Below are positions 38,902 to 48,861 of a DNA stretch of 64,000 bases, piece after piece. The stretch lies in NCBI GenBank assembly GCA_051546255.1, contig CP128821.1, positions 186,001 to 250,000 of the forward strand, read 5' to 3'. Both the position numbers and the translations under genes were made by a program. A model generated the notes under the pieces. That model had not been told where the DNA came from. It saw only the letters and a list, made by a program, of their open reading frames with translations, and did not search any database. Numbering within the stretch: the first letter of the stretch is position 1; each line of letters opens with the position of its first letter. The DNA comes from Meyerozyma guilliermondii (taxonomy: Eukaryota).

Positions 38902-39335
38902 GGTGGATTTTTTCGAAACTTTTGGAAAGATCAGGTTCTTTATACCTGAGAAAGCAACTCGGAACCACGGAACAATGGCCCAAAAAGGAAAGTGTCCGAT
39001 GTAAGTCGCGGGAGTTAATTGCGACAATATGTCAGCTTGCGATGCTGCCAACGGCTGCGAAAAAAAAAAAACTCGGGCCGTTGGGTTTTGAACTTGATTT
39101 GTCAGACACCGGACTTCGCAAGTGTTCTGTTGGTTTATCGATAGACCCAAACTTCATCTTCCACTTCAACACAGGCGCGATGCTTTGCCATGAGTATACA
39201 GGACAGCAATACCGAGCTGCAGGGTCTTGAAGTATGTGCTATTTATGGTAAATGTTGTAGCTACTTGTAGACGAACCGTGTAGGTTTGCTTTTACGAAAA
39301 TGGTATCTCGTTACTTTGTTGTCACCTAGACTACT

Positions 39336-40409
39336 CTATATCTTCCCCGGATCGGCAAGCTTCGTCAAAAGCTTTCCTGGTTTCTTCTCGTTTTGGAAAA
39401 GCAAGTTCCAAGTCTTTGGAATGTCGCCAAATTTGGATTCTTCACTCAAGTCTACCAAGTTGTATGAGTCGCCATTAACTTTTCCTTCCTTGATCCAAGC
39501 GTTGATTTGGTTGGCTGCATCGGCAAATTTGTCCCTAAAGTCACTCACGATAAATCCTCTGACCGTGAGTCTGTTGAGGATGATTTCCGACCAGTTGTTA
39601 ATTTTCGATTTGGCAGGGTCGTTGTAACCTGAAATGGCACCACAGGCAATAATAGTGCCATTGACTTTCGTCAAAGTGAGCATTACGTCCAAGATTTCTC
39701 CTCCAACGTTGTCATAGTAGATGTCACAGAACTTCTTGTCTCCAAGAGCCTTCTTGATATTTTCCTTGAAATTGGGGTCTTTATAATCGACGCAAACATC
39801 GGCACCAATACTTTCAACATAACGACACTTTTCCTCACCACCGGAAATACCAATGACATGACATCCAATTGCCTTGGCAATTTGAACTACCATTGACCCG
39901 GTAGCCCCAGAAGCAGCAGAAACCACTACGGTATCTCCCTTCTTAGCCTTACCTACTTCAAGAAGACCAAAGTAAGCCGTCATTCCAATCAGACCCAAGG
40001 TAGACAAGTATAAGGGCAATGGAATCGAATTGTCTACTTTTCTTTGGATCAGGCTTGCTTCAAGCACAGAGTAATCTGCCCAATACATCTCTGAAAGAAT
40101 AAATTCTCCCACGCTGTAATCAGCGCTCTTGGACTCCACAACTTGGGCAATTGCTCTAGTCCGCATTTTCTGGCCCGGCAATACTGGGGCAGTGTACATC
40201 CTCTCAGGGTCCTGACCCTTCTGAATCCACATTCTCTGGGTGGGATCGTTGGACATATAAAGAGTTTTGACCAAAACCTGGCCATCGGATAATGGCTCCA
40301 ATGGTTGGTTTACAAGTTTGAAAGTGGAGTTTTCTTTGCCCAATTCAAGAACAACCTCACCAACTGGAGGCTCGTTGAGTATAAGGGCTCTTGTTTCTTT
40401 GGGAGACAT
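39336..40409 (-). CDS. NADP-dependent MDR oxidoreductase, copy 3; ends GKI
   Basis: Same motifs (LYMSNDPTQR, SAASGATGS, YDNVGG). Confidence 0.92.
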   Translation of the reverse strand: MSPKETRALILNEPPVGEVVLELGKENSTFKLVNQPLEPLSDGQVLVKTLYMSNDPTQRMWIQKGQDPERMYTAPVLPGQKMRTRAIAQVVESKSADYSVGEFILSEMYWADYSVLEASLIQRKVDNSIPLPLYLSTLGLIGMTAYFGLLEVGKAKKGDTVVVSAASGATGSMVVQIAKAIGCHVIGISGGEEKCRYVESIGADVCVDYKDPNFKENIKKALGDKKFCDIYYDNVGGEILDVMLTLTKVNGTIIACGAISGYNDPAKSKINNWSEIILNRLTVRGFIVSDFRDKFADAANQINAWIKEGKVNGDSYNLVDLSEESKFGDIPKTWNLLFQNEKKPGKLLTKLADPGKI

Positions 40410-40471
40410 AGCTAATTGAGGTGCTAAGAAGAAAGCAATCGATTAAGTTCAGTTAACTCAGTACAATAAGA

Positions 40472-40478
40472 TGAGTAA
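40472..40478. promoter_or_regulatory. Yap1/Cap1-type element (TGAGTAA = TTACTCA) upstream of oxidoreductase copy 3
   Basis: About 65 bp upstream of ATG 40409. Confidence 0.4.
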
Positions 40479-40564
40479 GCAATTCGGCTGCGAAAAAAAG
40501 TGCTGCATTGGTGTAATGGTGTCTATGGGACCCTGAATTCATGTTCCGTATGTTTCAGGAAAGG

Positions 40565-41632
40565 TTATTCCGGATCAGCAAGCTTCGTCAATACCTTTCC
40601 TGGCTTCTTGTTCTCGTCAAGAATCAACGCCCAAGCTTTGGGAATGTCTGCAAATTTGGACTCCTCGGTCAAATCAATGACGTTTAAAACACTAGAATCG
40701 TTCCGAATTTTTCCTTCCTGAATCCACTTGGTAAGATTGACCCTTGCTTCTTCTACCTTGTGAAGATAATCGGATACAATAAAGCCCTTGATAGTAAGTC
40801 TACTGGCAATTACTTGTGGCCAGTTTTTGACATACATCTTGGTCACATCCTTGAAACCTGAAATTGCTCCAACTACCAAAATCAAACCGTTTTTCGTCAT
40901 CAATGTCATTACTTTATCCAAAAGCTCACCACCAACAGTATCATAAAAGAAATCACACGTTCCTTTTTCCCCAAGCGCTTGCTTTAATTTTTCAATCAAC
41001 TCAGGGTCGTTGTAATTGACACACGCATCTGCTCCAAGTCCTACAACAAATTTGCACTTTTAGTCGCTTCCAGTGATCCCAACAACCCGACATCCTAAAG
41101 CCTTAGCAACTTGAACCGCTACCAAACCCGTGGCCCCAGAAGCTGCCGATACAATTACGGTATCTCCCTCTTTGACCTGGCCGTATATTCCGAAGTAGCC
41201 AGTCAAACCGGTGAGTCCTAAAGTCGATAACGAGGTAGTCAAAGGCAATGAAGAATCTGGAATTTTGCCTGTAAGAGCTCCGGCCTTTACAATACTATAA
41301 TCTGCCCAGTTCAAAGCACCATTAACAATGTCCCCAGGCTTATATTGGTCTGCCGTTGACTCAATAACCTGCCCCAAACCGAACCCACCCATAGGCTCAC
41401 CCGGAAAAATCCGCCTAATACCAGCGTTTTCGTAGCTTGCCTTTCTGATCCAGCCCAATTGGAGCGGATCGTTGGAAAAATAGAGAGATTTCACCAATAC
41501 TTCATTTTCTTTTAATGGCTGCAACTCTTCTGTTACGAGCCTAAAAGTGGAGTTAGGCTCACCCAATTCAACATTGGGAAGTCCTTCAGTTTGCTGATTG
41601 AGGTAAAATACTCTAGATTCTTTGACTGTCAT
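40565..41632 (-). pseudogene. NADP-dependent MDR oxidoreductase, copy 4, with in-frame TAA at 41060-41062
   Basis: Reads GITGSD*KCKFVVGLGADACVNY where paralogues have GISGSEEKCRFVESIGADACVNY. The frame continues to ...LTKLADPE, so a single GAA->TAA change (or sequencing error) explains it. Confidence 0.8.
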
Positions 41633-41914
41633 GCTTAACTGGCGCCTGGTTACGAAAATGTCCTATTTATACTCGAAAGTTGGCCCAACTTGGAGACGGA
41701 GATAACACCCGAGCCTCGACGGAGATAAGCCTCTCCTCGAAGTATGGCTTTCAGCTGATTAAACAACATATCAATTCACCGATACGTCCGTTTCGGCCGA
41801 GGCGGACATATACCAATCAATGAAACAGAGAAACTGTATCTACCTACTCATTCCCACTTAGCCTTAGTTTTCACACCAATACACCACCTAAATGCATACT
41901 TTCATTACATAGAC

Positions 41915-43183
41915 CTACTTGGTTTCTTGCTTTGGTTCCTGATTCCAACTCAAAAGACTCACGTCTCCCGTTCTTCTGGGCTTTATGGAATTCACAATAA
42001 GAAGAGTGACCCCCAAAAGGAAGCATACTCCTCCTCCAGCCATCCAACTTATACCCAAAAAGTCGTTCTTACCTCCAATAACCGATCTCTGTGATATATA
42101 GATATACTTCTTTCCATTATAAGGAAGAACAGGGAAATGGAGCCCAATGGTCACCTCGTATATTCCCTTGTTCAACGAATCGTGATCGTTACGAAGGGCC
42201 AATTTGTTAAATGTGGGGAGGCCTGCGGTGTGCATCCAGTTTTGAAATTCTTCCCACTTTGAAATATCCGGCACGTTTGTAGAATTGTATCCGTTGGGGT
42301 ACCACTTGTACCAATTCGGAGGAGGCACGATTTCCGTGTGGTCGTACTTTGTCTTTTTGAACCGGTTCGAGTCGGTTTTCCACGCAATACCCTTTGCGGT
42401 AAATTTGTAATCATTGGAAGTTCCGTTCACTCCCTGCAAAGTGTGTCCATAAGTATCATTAAACATACTATTAGCAATCAAGCCACAAGGGTAAATCTTC
42501 TTTCCATCACGAACAGACAAAGGTTCACAGTTCTGACCCACCGTGTTCTTAATGGTATTCACAGAAGCTTCCTTGCCTTCGATTTGCTCCTCACTAAACG
42601 ACTTTGCGTACCGACGATGGTTTTGGTAAAAGTTGTGCAAGCGGTAGAAGAAATAAATAGGTCCCTTCATATCATCAGGTACCTCAAACTGGATTCGGCA
42701 CACATTTCTCTCATCTTCAAATTGTTGCGACTCGTCGGTATCGAGTTTCCATTGTGGCATGTGCTTAATATTCTTGGTTTTCGTCTTGAAATTGAGTTCG
42801 AGAAACTCGTCCGGCACCTGGGTCCAGTATTTGGAGCTAGCTAGCTTTTCACACTTGCTGTAATCTATGGCAAAATCTTGAATTCGGTCCGATGCGTACC
42901 ACATAGCCGCACCTAAAGGCACGAAAATCACAGCAATTGCAATCAAAAGTGGAATCACCGTCTTGGCAGTGAGCACCGGGTTATACGCACGCAACCTTTG
43001 TTGAGTAAAAGCATTTTCTGGAGGCCGTCTAGATTTCTTTTCCTCTTGCGGCACATCTTCAAGATCCGTATCCGAGGAGTCGGAGGCATATTCACTGCCA
43101 TCAACGTTACTTCGACGGTCCAGCGACTGCGCGTAGTCTGTATCACGCGCTGTAGAGGCGCCGTTGGTTCTTATTTCTGACAT
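41915..43183 (-). CDS. LEM3: Cdc50/Lem3-family flippase beta subunit
   Basis: RRPPENAFTQQRLRAYNPVLT is closer to Lem3 than Cdc50; NFYQNHRRY, YPCGLIANSMFNDT, GGKNDFLG; ATG 43183. Confidence 0.8.
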   Translation of the reverse strand: MSEIRTNGASTARDTDYAQSLDRRSNVDGSEYASDSSDTDLEDVPQEEKKSRRPPENAFTQQRLRAYNPVLTAKTVIPLLIAIAVIFVPLGAAMWYASDRIQDFAIDYSKCEKLASSKYWTQVPDEFLELNFKTKTKNIKHMPQWKLDTDESQQFEDERNVCRIQFEVPDDMKGPIYFFYRLHNFYQNHRRYAKSFSEEQIEGKEASVNTIKNTVGQNCEPLSVRDGKKIYPCGLIANSMFNDTYGHTLQGVNGTSNDYKFTAKGIAWKTDSNRFKKTKYDHTEIVPPPNWYKWYPNGYNSTNVPDISKWEEFQNWMHTAGLPTFNKLALRNDHDSLNKGIYEVTIGLHFPVLPYNGKKYIYISQRSVIGGKNDFLGISWMAGGGVCFLLGVTLLIVNSIKPRRTGDVSLLSWNQEPKQETK

Positions 43184-43340
43184 AAACCGGGGGTTGTTTG
43201 ATCGGATAGGGCGGTAGATGAAGCTGAAAACGCTGGTCCTGCAGACGGGGCCCACTTGATCGCGCAGAATCCGGGTTAGCACTGGTGTGTGGGTGCGAGC
43301 ACAGTCTTAAATTTTTTCATTCAGTTGGCAAAGAACAATC

Positions 43341-44648
43341 ATGGCAGACGCAGCGGAGAAGAACATTGAGATCTGGAAGGTCAAAAAGTTGATCAAGTCG
43401 TTGGAACAGGCCAGGGGTAATGGTACCTCCATGATCTCGTTGGTCATACCTCCAAAAGGTCAAATTTCTCTCATTCAAAAGATGTTAACTGAAGAATACG
43501 GAACCGCTTCCAACATTAAATCCAGAGTTAATCGATTGTCGGTGTTATCAGCCATCACCTCCACCCAGCAGAAGCTTAAGTTGTACAACTCGGTGCCCAA
43601 AAATGGTTTGGTGGTATACTGTGGTGATGTCATTACTGAAGAGGGCAAGGAAAAGAAATTGAACATTGATTTCGAACCATTCAAGCCAATTAACACATCT
43701 TTGTACTTATGTGACAATAAGTTCCACGTGGAGGCGTTGTCTGAGTTGTTGGAAGATGATGACCGGTTTGGATTCATTGTCATGGATGGTAATGGAGCAT
43801 TGTTCGGAGCGGTATCGGGAAACACCAGAGAAGTGTTGCATAAATTCACGGTTGATTTGCCCAAGAAGCATGGTAGAGGAGGTCAATCCGCGCTTCGTTT
43901 CTCGAGATTGAGAGAAGAAAAGAGACACAATTATGTGAGAAAAGTCGCCGAAGTTGCGGTACAGAATTTTATCACCAACGATAAAGTCAATGTTGCTGGA
44001 TTGATTTTGGCTGGTTCAGCTGATTTCAAAACCGAGCTCTCCAAATCCGATTTGTTTGATAACAGGTTGCTCGCCAAGGTGGTTAAAATTGTCGATATCT
44101 CCTACGGTGGAGAAAACGGGTTCAACCAAGCTATCGAATTGTCAGCCGAAACTTTGGCCAATGTCAAATTTGTGCAAGAAAAGAAATTGCTTGAGAGTTA
44201 CTTCGAAGAGATCTCTCAAGATTCGGGTAAGTTCTGTTACGGTATCGAGGATACTCTCAAGGCATTGGATCTCGGAGCATGTGAGGTGGTGATTGTATAC
44301 GAGAACTTGAATATCGTTCGCTATACCATGAAGGACATAGAAGGTAACGAGGTGGTTGCAAATGTCAATCCAGAATTGCCCGACAAATCATACTTGCTTG
44401 ACAAGAAAACTGGCACAGAAATGGAAGTCATAAAGGAAGAATCATTTTTGGAATGGTTGGCAGAAAACTACAAATCATTCGGTGCCAATCTTGAATTTGT
44501 TACCGACCGGTCGTCCGAAGGTGCTCAATTTTGTCAAGGATTTGGTGGTATTGGTGCCTTGTTGAGATACAACGTCAACTTTGAACAATTAACTGACGAC
44601 GAAAGTGATGACGAATACTATGATGACGACGACGAGGATTTCATTTAG
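43341..44648 (+). CDS. SUP45: Translation release factor eRF1
   Basis: TASNIKS, YLCDNKF and GRGGQS motifs all intact. Confidence 0.98.
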   Translation: MADAAEKNIEIWKVKKLIKSLEQARGNGTSMISLVIPPKGQISLIQKMLTEEYGTASNIKSRVNRLSVLSAITSTQQKLKLYNSVPKNGLVVYCGDVITEEGKEKKLNIDFEPFKPINTSLYLCDNKFHVEALSELLEDDDRFGFIVMDGNGALFGAVSGNTREVLHKFTVDLPKKHGRGGQSALRFSRLREEKRHNYVRKVAEVAVQNFITNDKVNVAGLILAGSADFKTELSKSDLFDNRLLAKVVKIVDISYGGENGFNQAIELSAETLANVKFVQEKKLLESYFEEISQDSGKFCYGIEDTLKALDLGACEVVIVYENLNIVRYTMKDIEGNEVVANVNPELPDKSYLLDKKTGTEMEVIKEESFLEWLAENYKSFGANLEFVTDRSSEGAQFCQGFGGIGALLRYNVNFEQLTDDESDDEYYDDDDEDFI

Positions 44649-44698
44649 ACGAGAGGGGTGTGTACTACTAGATGCATTTACATATAGAATGCTAGCTT

Positions 44699-46912
44699 CT
44701 ATTTGCTTTTTTTTGTGCTCTTTCCTTTTTTTAACTGGTCCAATGCTTTGACTTTTGCATGTCCCCAAACTGCTTCGTGAGAGTCACCGGTGAGCATTTG
44801 ATGAGCCAAATTATCAACTCCGCTAGTCAAATAGGATCTTCTTTTGTTTATGCGAAGACGTTCATTTAGAAGCGATTTGAGTTCTGCTCGCAAGCTGGCA
44901 GCTTGATCTTTTGTCAAAATTTTGTTATCGTCTCTCAATCTCTGCTTTCTCAAGTGGTCGTCCACAAATTCTTCTTCCATATCAACACCCAATTCCTCGG
45001 CGGCTTCCTTCATCCACGAATCACTTTTCTTTGTAGAAACCGTGGAGATTGTAGAATTGGCCAATTTGGAAGATATGTTCACACGAGGCTTCAATTGCGT
45101 AACCAAGTCCATCTCAATGGGTAGAAGCTTGACGTCGCTATGCATGTTCATCCGGCTTCCTTTATTTGCACTGTCAGCTACAAGTTTTCTCAACTTTCTA
45201 AACGGCCCTGAAGCTTCTTGAGGAGAACAGAACATGACGGAGACACCCTCTTTCCCTGCTCTTGCGGTTCTTCCAGAACGGTGGACATATACGTCCGCAG
45301 ACCTAGGAAGATGGTAATGGGCCACATGGTCAATATTGGGAATATCAAGGCCTCTAGCAGCGACATCAGAAGCTATCAAAACTGCAGTCTGATTTTTTTC
45401 GCCAGCAGCCTTGAATCGTTCGAGCGCTCTCAAGCGCTGCTTTTGTATCATAGACGAGTGGATGGAGAAGGTGGGAATGTTCAAGTTTGTCAAAAATGGT
45501 ACTAATCGCTTCACGGAATCAATGGCATTTGCGAAAACCAACGTCGACCCAGGATACATCAAAAGGAAATAGTACAAGTAGAGATCTCGCTCTGACGGCC
45601 CGCACTCGACCAATGCTTCTGTAACTTTTCCAGAGACGATTTCCTTGGGGTTTGCGTCGATGACAGCAGGTGTACGGTCTCTGAATTGGAGTTTGGTGTT
45701 TAGCAATGAGAGAATTTCGTCATTTTCAATAAAGGAGGATTCCTTATTTCTTGGTTTATTATTCGATAGTTTGCCAAACAAGTCTCTGGAGAATGTAGCA
45801 CTGAAAACCAAAGTCTGCCATCTGCGAGAAACACCTTGTGTCTTCTTGGGTCGGTGCTTATTGAGCATATCGAGAATTTTTTCGAATTCTTCAAAATGAC
45901 CATCTTGGAGCAACCGGTCGGCTTCATCAAGCACAATCATGTCTGTCAATGCCATTCGATTGACAAGATCAACGCTCTTTTCCATTAATTCTAGACATCT
46001 TCCAGGAGTCGCTACCAAGATACTTGGTCCATGGGACAAGAGCCGTTCTTGCTTTTGAATCGATAAACCTCCGGTGATGCTAACTATGCCATTCTGTGCC
46101 AATGGAGAAAACTTGGCAATTTTATTCATGTGGTCCACCACCTGATGGGCCAATTCTCGCGTAGGGGCAAATATCATGGCAGTCGGTGGTTTGATAGTGT
46201 TTGTCTTGGACTCAAGCTGAGCCAAACAACGTTCCAAAATGGGAATTCCATATGCCAAAGTTTTACCTGAACCCGTAGTGGCTTTACCTATGACATCTTT
46301 TCCTTGAAGAGCAAGAGGAATTGCCTTGCGTTGGATCGCCGTGGGCTCCTTAAAACCACAGCCTGCTAAACCATTAATAGTATAGGTGCTCAAAGAAACA
46401 TTTTCCATAGACCACTTTGGAAGATCGGTGTCTTTCGGAAGCGAAGCGTCAACTCCAACAAATGCGTTTTCACGAAGCTCGTCATCTTTGTTGGGTTTCT
46501 GCTTCTTCTTGGATTTGAGATCAGGTTCATCTGAAGGACGTTTGGTTTCTGTTACTGGATCATCAAAACCGGTGAATTCTTCCTCATCATCTTCATCTTC
46601 AATTTCATTTTTATCTTCATTTTCATTTTCCTCCTTTTTGGTGTCCTTCTTTTCTTCCTTTACAACAAACTCGGCCTTTCCATCCACATATTTGACGTCC
46701 ACCCCGTCCAATTCCTCAATTCCATATAAACCCTCGTAACTTTCAAGATTATCGGGAATCTCTACTGGCTTCCAATTTAAGCTGTCGGCCCTGACGACTT
46801 TGGACTCTTTGCGTTGCTTTTGCTTCAAGGTGAGCGGCTTGCGCACTGCAGGCTTCTTTGCACCCTTCTTGGGTTCTTTTTTGCCTTTTCCTTTCTTCTT
46901 GTTCGGAGGCAT
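44699..46912 (-). CDS. MAK5: DEAD-box RNA helicase for 60S biogenesis
   Basis: [46 protein letters not shown]-motif; lies between SUP45 and BMT2. Confidence 0.92.
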
Positions 46913-47027
46913 ATTGCAGACTGATACTACGCACAAGTGGTTGCAGAAATATGGCGATGACATCCACACACCCACACAATTCTATCACTTAGCCATCTCA
47001 TAGATCTCATAGAGAGAGCGATCCATA

Positions 47028-48035
47028 ATGCCTAGAGCTAAAAGCCTTTTGCTGCATCGCCCGAAATCCATAACCGCCACCAAGACCCCACGTACTTTAA
47101 AGCCACAAAAAGCTAGGAAACTTATACGCAGATATCATGTATTGCAAAAACAGCGAGCTACATTATTGAGGAGAATCATACAAGCTCAACCGGAAAAACT
47201 TGGCTTGGATTCAAGTTCAGAACTTGCAAAGTATCTCAAAAAGGAGTACCCACAGCATCTAAAAATTTATGTTATTCACAGGGAAAGAGCTCAAAAATCT
47301 GGGAACTTAACCAATTCGGTCGATGATGAGAACTCAGATATCCATAAAATATGTGCTCAATTAGGCGACATCGACGGAGAAATTGCTAGCTTGGGAGGAA
47401 TAGAAGCATACCAGGTTGCATCTACGCAAGGACAGGACAGTTTACGAGGTGGAGACTCTTCTAAAAAGCTTGTAGAATGGCTAAAAGCTAATTATACCTC
47501 CACAATTTCTGGCTCCAACATGTTAAATGCTCTTGAAATCGGATGTCTAAGTGCCAATAATGCCATATCAACCTCCAAGATTTTTCTGGAAGTCATCAAG
47601 ATCGATTTGAATTCGCAAAACCAGTCCAAGATTCTACAACAGGATTTCATGCAAAGACCAATGCCCAAAAATGACTCTGAAAAATTCAATTTGATTTCCT
47701 GCTCACTCGTTATCAACTTTGTTCCCTCTCCAAGTCAAAGAGGTGACATGCTCAAAAGAATAACCCAATTTTTGAAACCTCCTAGAAATGGTAGTATGAG
47801 CACACTTTTCATGGTTCTACCATTACCGTGCGTCTCAAACTCTCGCTATTTTGATCATCAGTCTATGGATGAGATTATGAATGCTTTAGGATTCACGAAA
47901 ACTTGCTACTACGAAGCAAAGAAAATAGCATACTGGTTATACGATTGGAATGGAAATGTCAAACACGACTACACTTTCCACAAAAAAGAGAAGCATACAG
48001 GAACAAAACGGAATAACTTCTGCATCACGCTCTAA
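47028..48035 (+). CDS. BMT2: 25S rRNA m1A2142 methyltransferase
   Basis: RKLIRRYHVL, LGGIEAYQVAS, RGGDSSKKLVEWL, ALEIGCLS, SLVINFVP, RNNFCI. Confidence 0.9.
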   Translation: MPRAKSLLLHRPKSITATKTPRTLKPQKARKLIRRYHVLQKQRATLLRRIIQAQPEKLGLDSSSELAKYLKKEYPQHLKIYVIHRERAQKSGNLTNSVDDENSDIHKICAQLGDIDGEIASLGGIEAYQVASTQGQDSLRGGDSSKKLVEWLKANYTSTISGSNMLNALEIGCLSANNAISTSKIFLEVIKIDLNSQNQSKILQQDFMQRPMPKNDSEKFNLISCSLVINFVPSPSQRGDMLKRITQFLKPPRNGSMSTLFMVLPLPCVSNSRYFDHQSMDEIMNALGFTKTCYYEAKKIAYWLYDWNGNVKHDYTFHKKEKHTGTKRNNFCITL

Positions 48036-48179
48036 TAACGTCATTCGCGCTTACAATAGTGCCGGTTTTTCAGGCCGATTTTTTAAGCCGATTGGCTTAT
48101 TGCATGATGAAAACGATTTATGCACGATGCCGACTGCGGGATCCAACGCGACGATCGGACTACCTGCAGGCCCTGCGTC

Positions 48180-48812
48180 ATCGGAAAAACTTTAGGATGG
48201 ATTTTCCGGGCCTCAGTTCGAGATGAAATTGGGATTGAAAGTGGAAAAATATGGTGAAACTTTCGCGGAAACAACATCAGAACCAATATGGGCCACCGCC
48301 TGCACTAGACCCGATTGTTTTCTTCTCACATTGTACCTTTATTTCTCGGAATTTTTTGATCAGCCGAGACTGCATACAGGAAGACCCGGGAAGAGCCGCA
48401 TTCATTAGGAGCATTGAACGTTGACATTTTCAAATGAAATGCGAGAAGTGGGGCAATTGTCGGGGAACCTCGATATTTGATCGGCAAGTAATGAATTTTT
48501 TTGCTCAAAGAATTGCCATGAGGCTTATTTGCCAAGGTTAACACATTCATTTCTCAAAGCCCTGAAAGAATCGTTCACTAGCTTCCCAATGACCCTCCCC
48601 TTTCTTTCAGCCCCGCGCGGTGCCCCACTATGCCCTCATTTTTGTGCCACTTTTGCTGGGGACGACGGAGAAAACTGGAGTGCGACCGGGTTAACTCTGC
48701 ATAATTATGCATGATACCTTCCTAATTGGACGACGTGCGTGATTATAAATTTTTCAGCATAGCGTGATTGCATGAAAATTTATCCGGCCGGATATATGGC
48801 ATAGTATAAAAG
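48180..48812 (+). promoter_or_regulatory. Hexose-transporter promoter with Rgt1-type and Mig1-type sites and TATA box
   Basis: CGGANNA matches at 48182, 48202(rc), 48666, 48780(rc); SYGGRG at 48448, 48611(rc), 48623(rc), 48656; TATAAAA at about 48805. Confidence 0.55.
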
Positions 48813-48861
48813 GCTGGCAATATATCTTGGCCTGAACTTTACATTTTCAGACTATTTTATA

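Noticed and set aside
43341..44648. Altered eRF1 as an explanation for in-frame stops elsewhere in the window
   Set aside because: TASNIKS, YxCxxxF and GGQ motifs are canonical, and all three stop codons end normal genes here.
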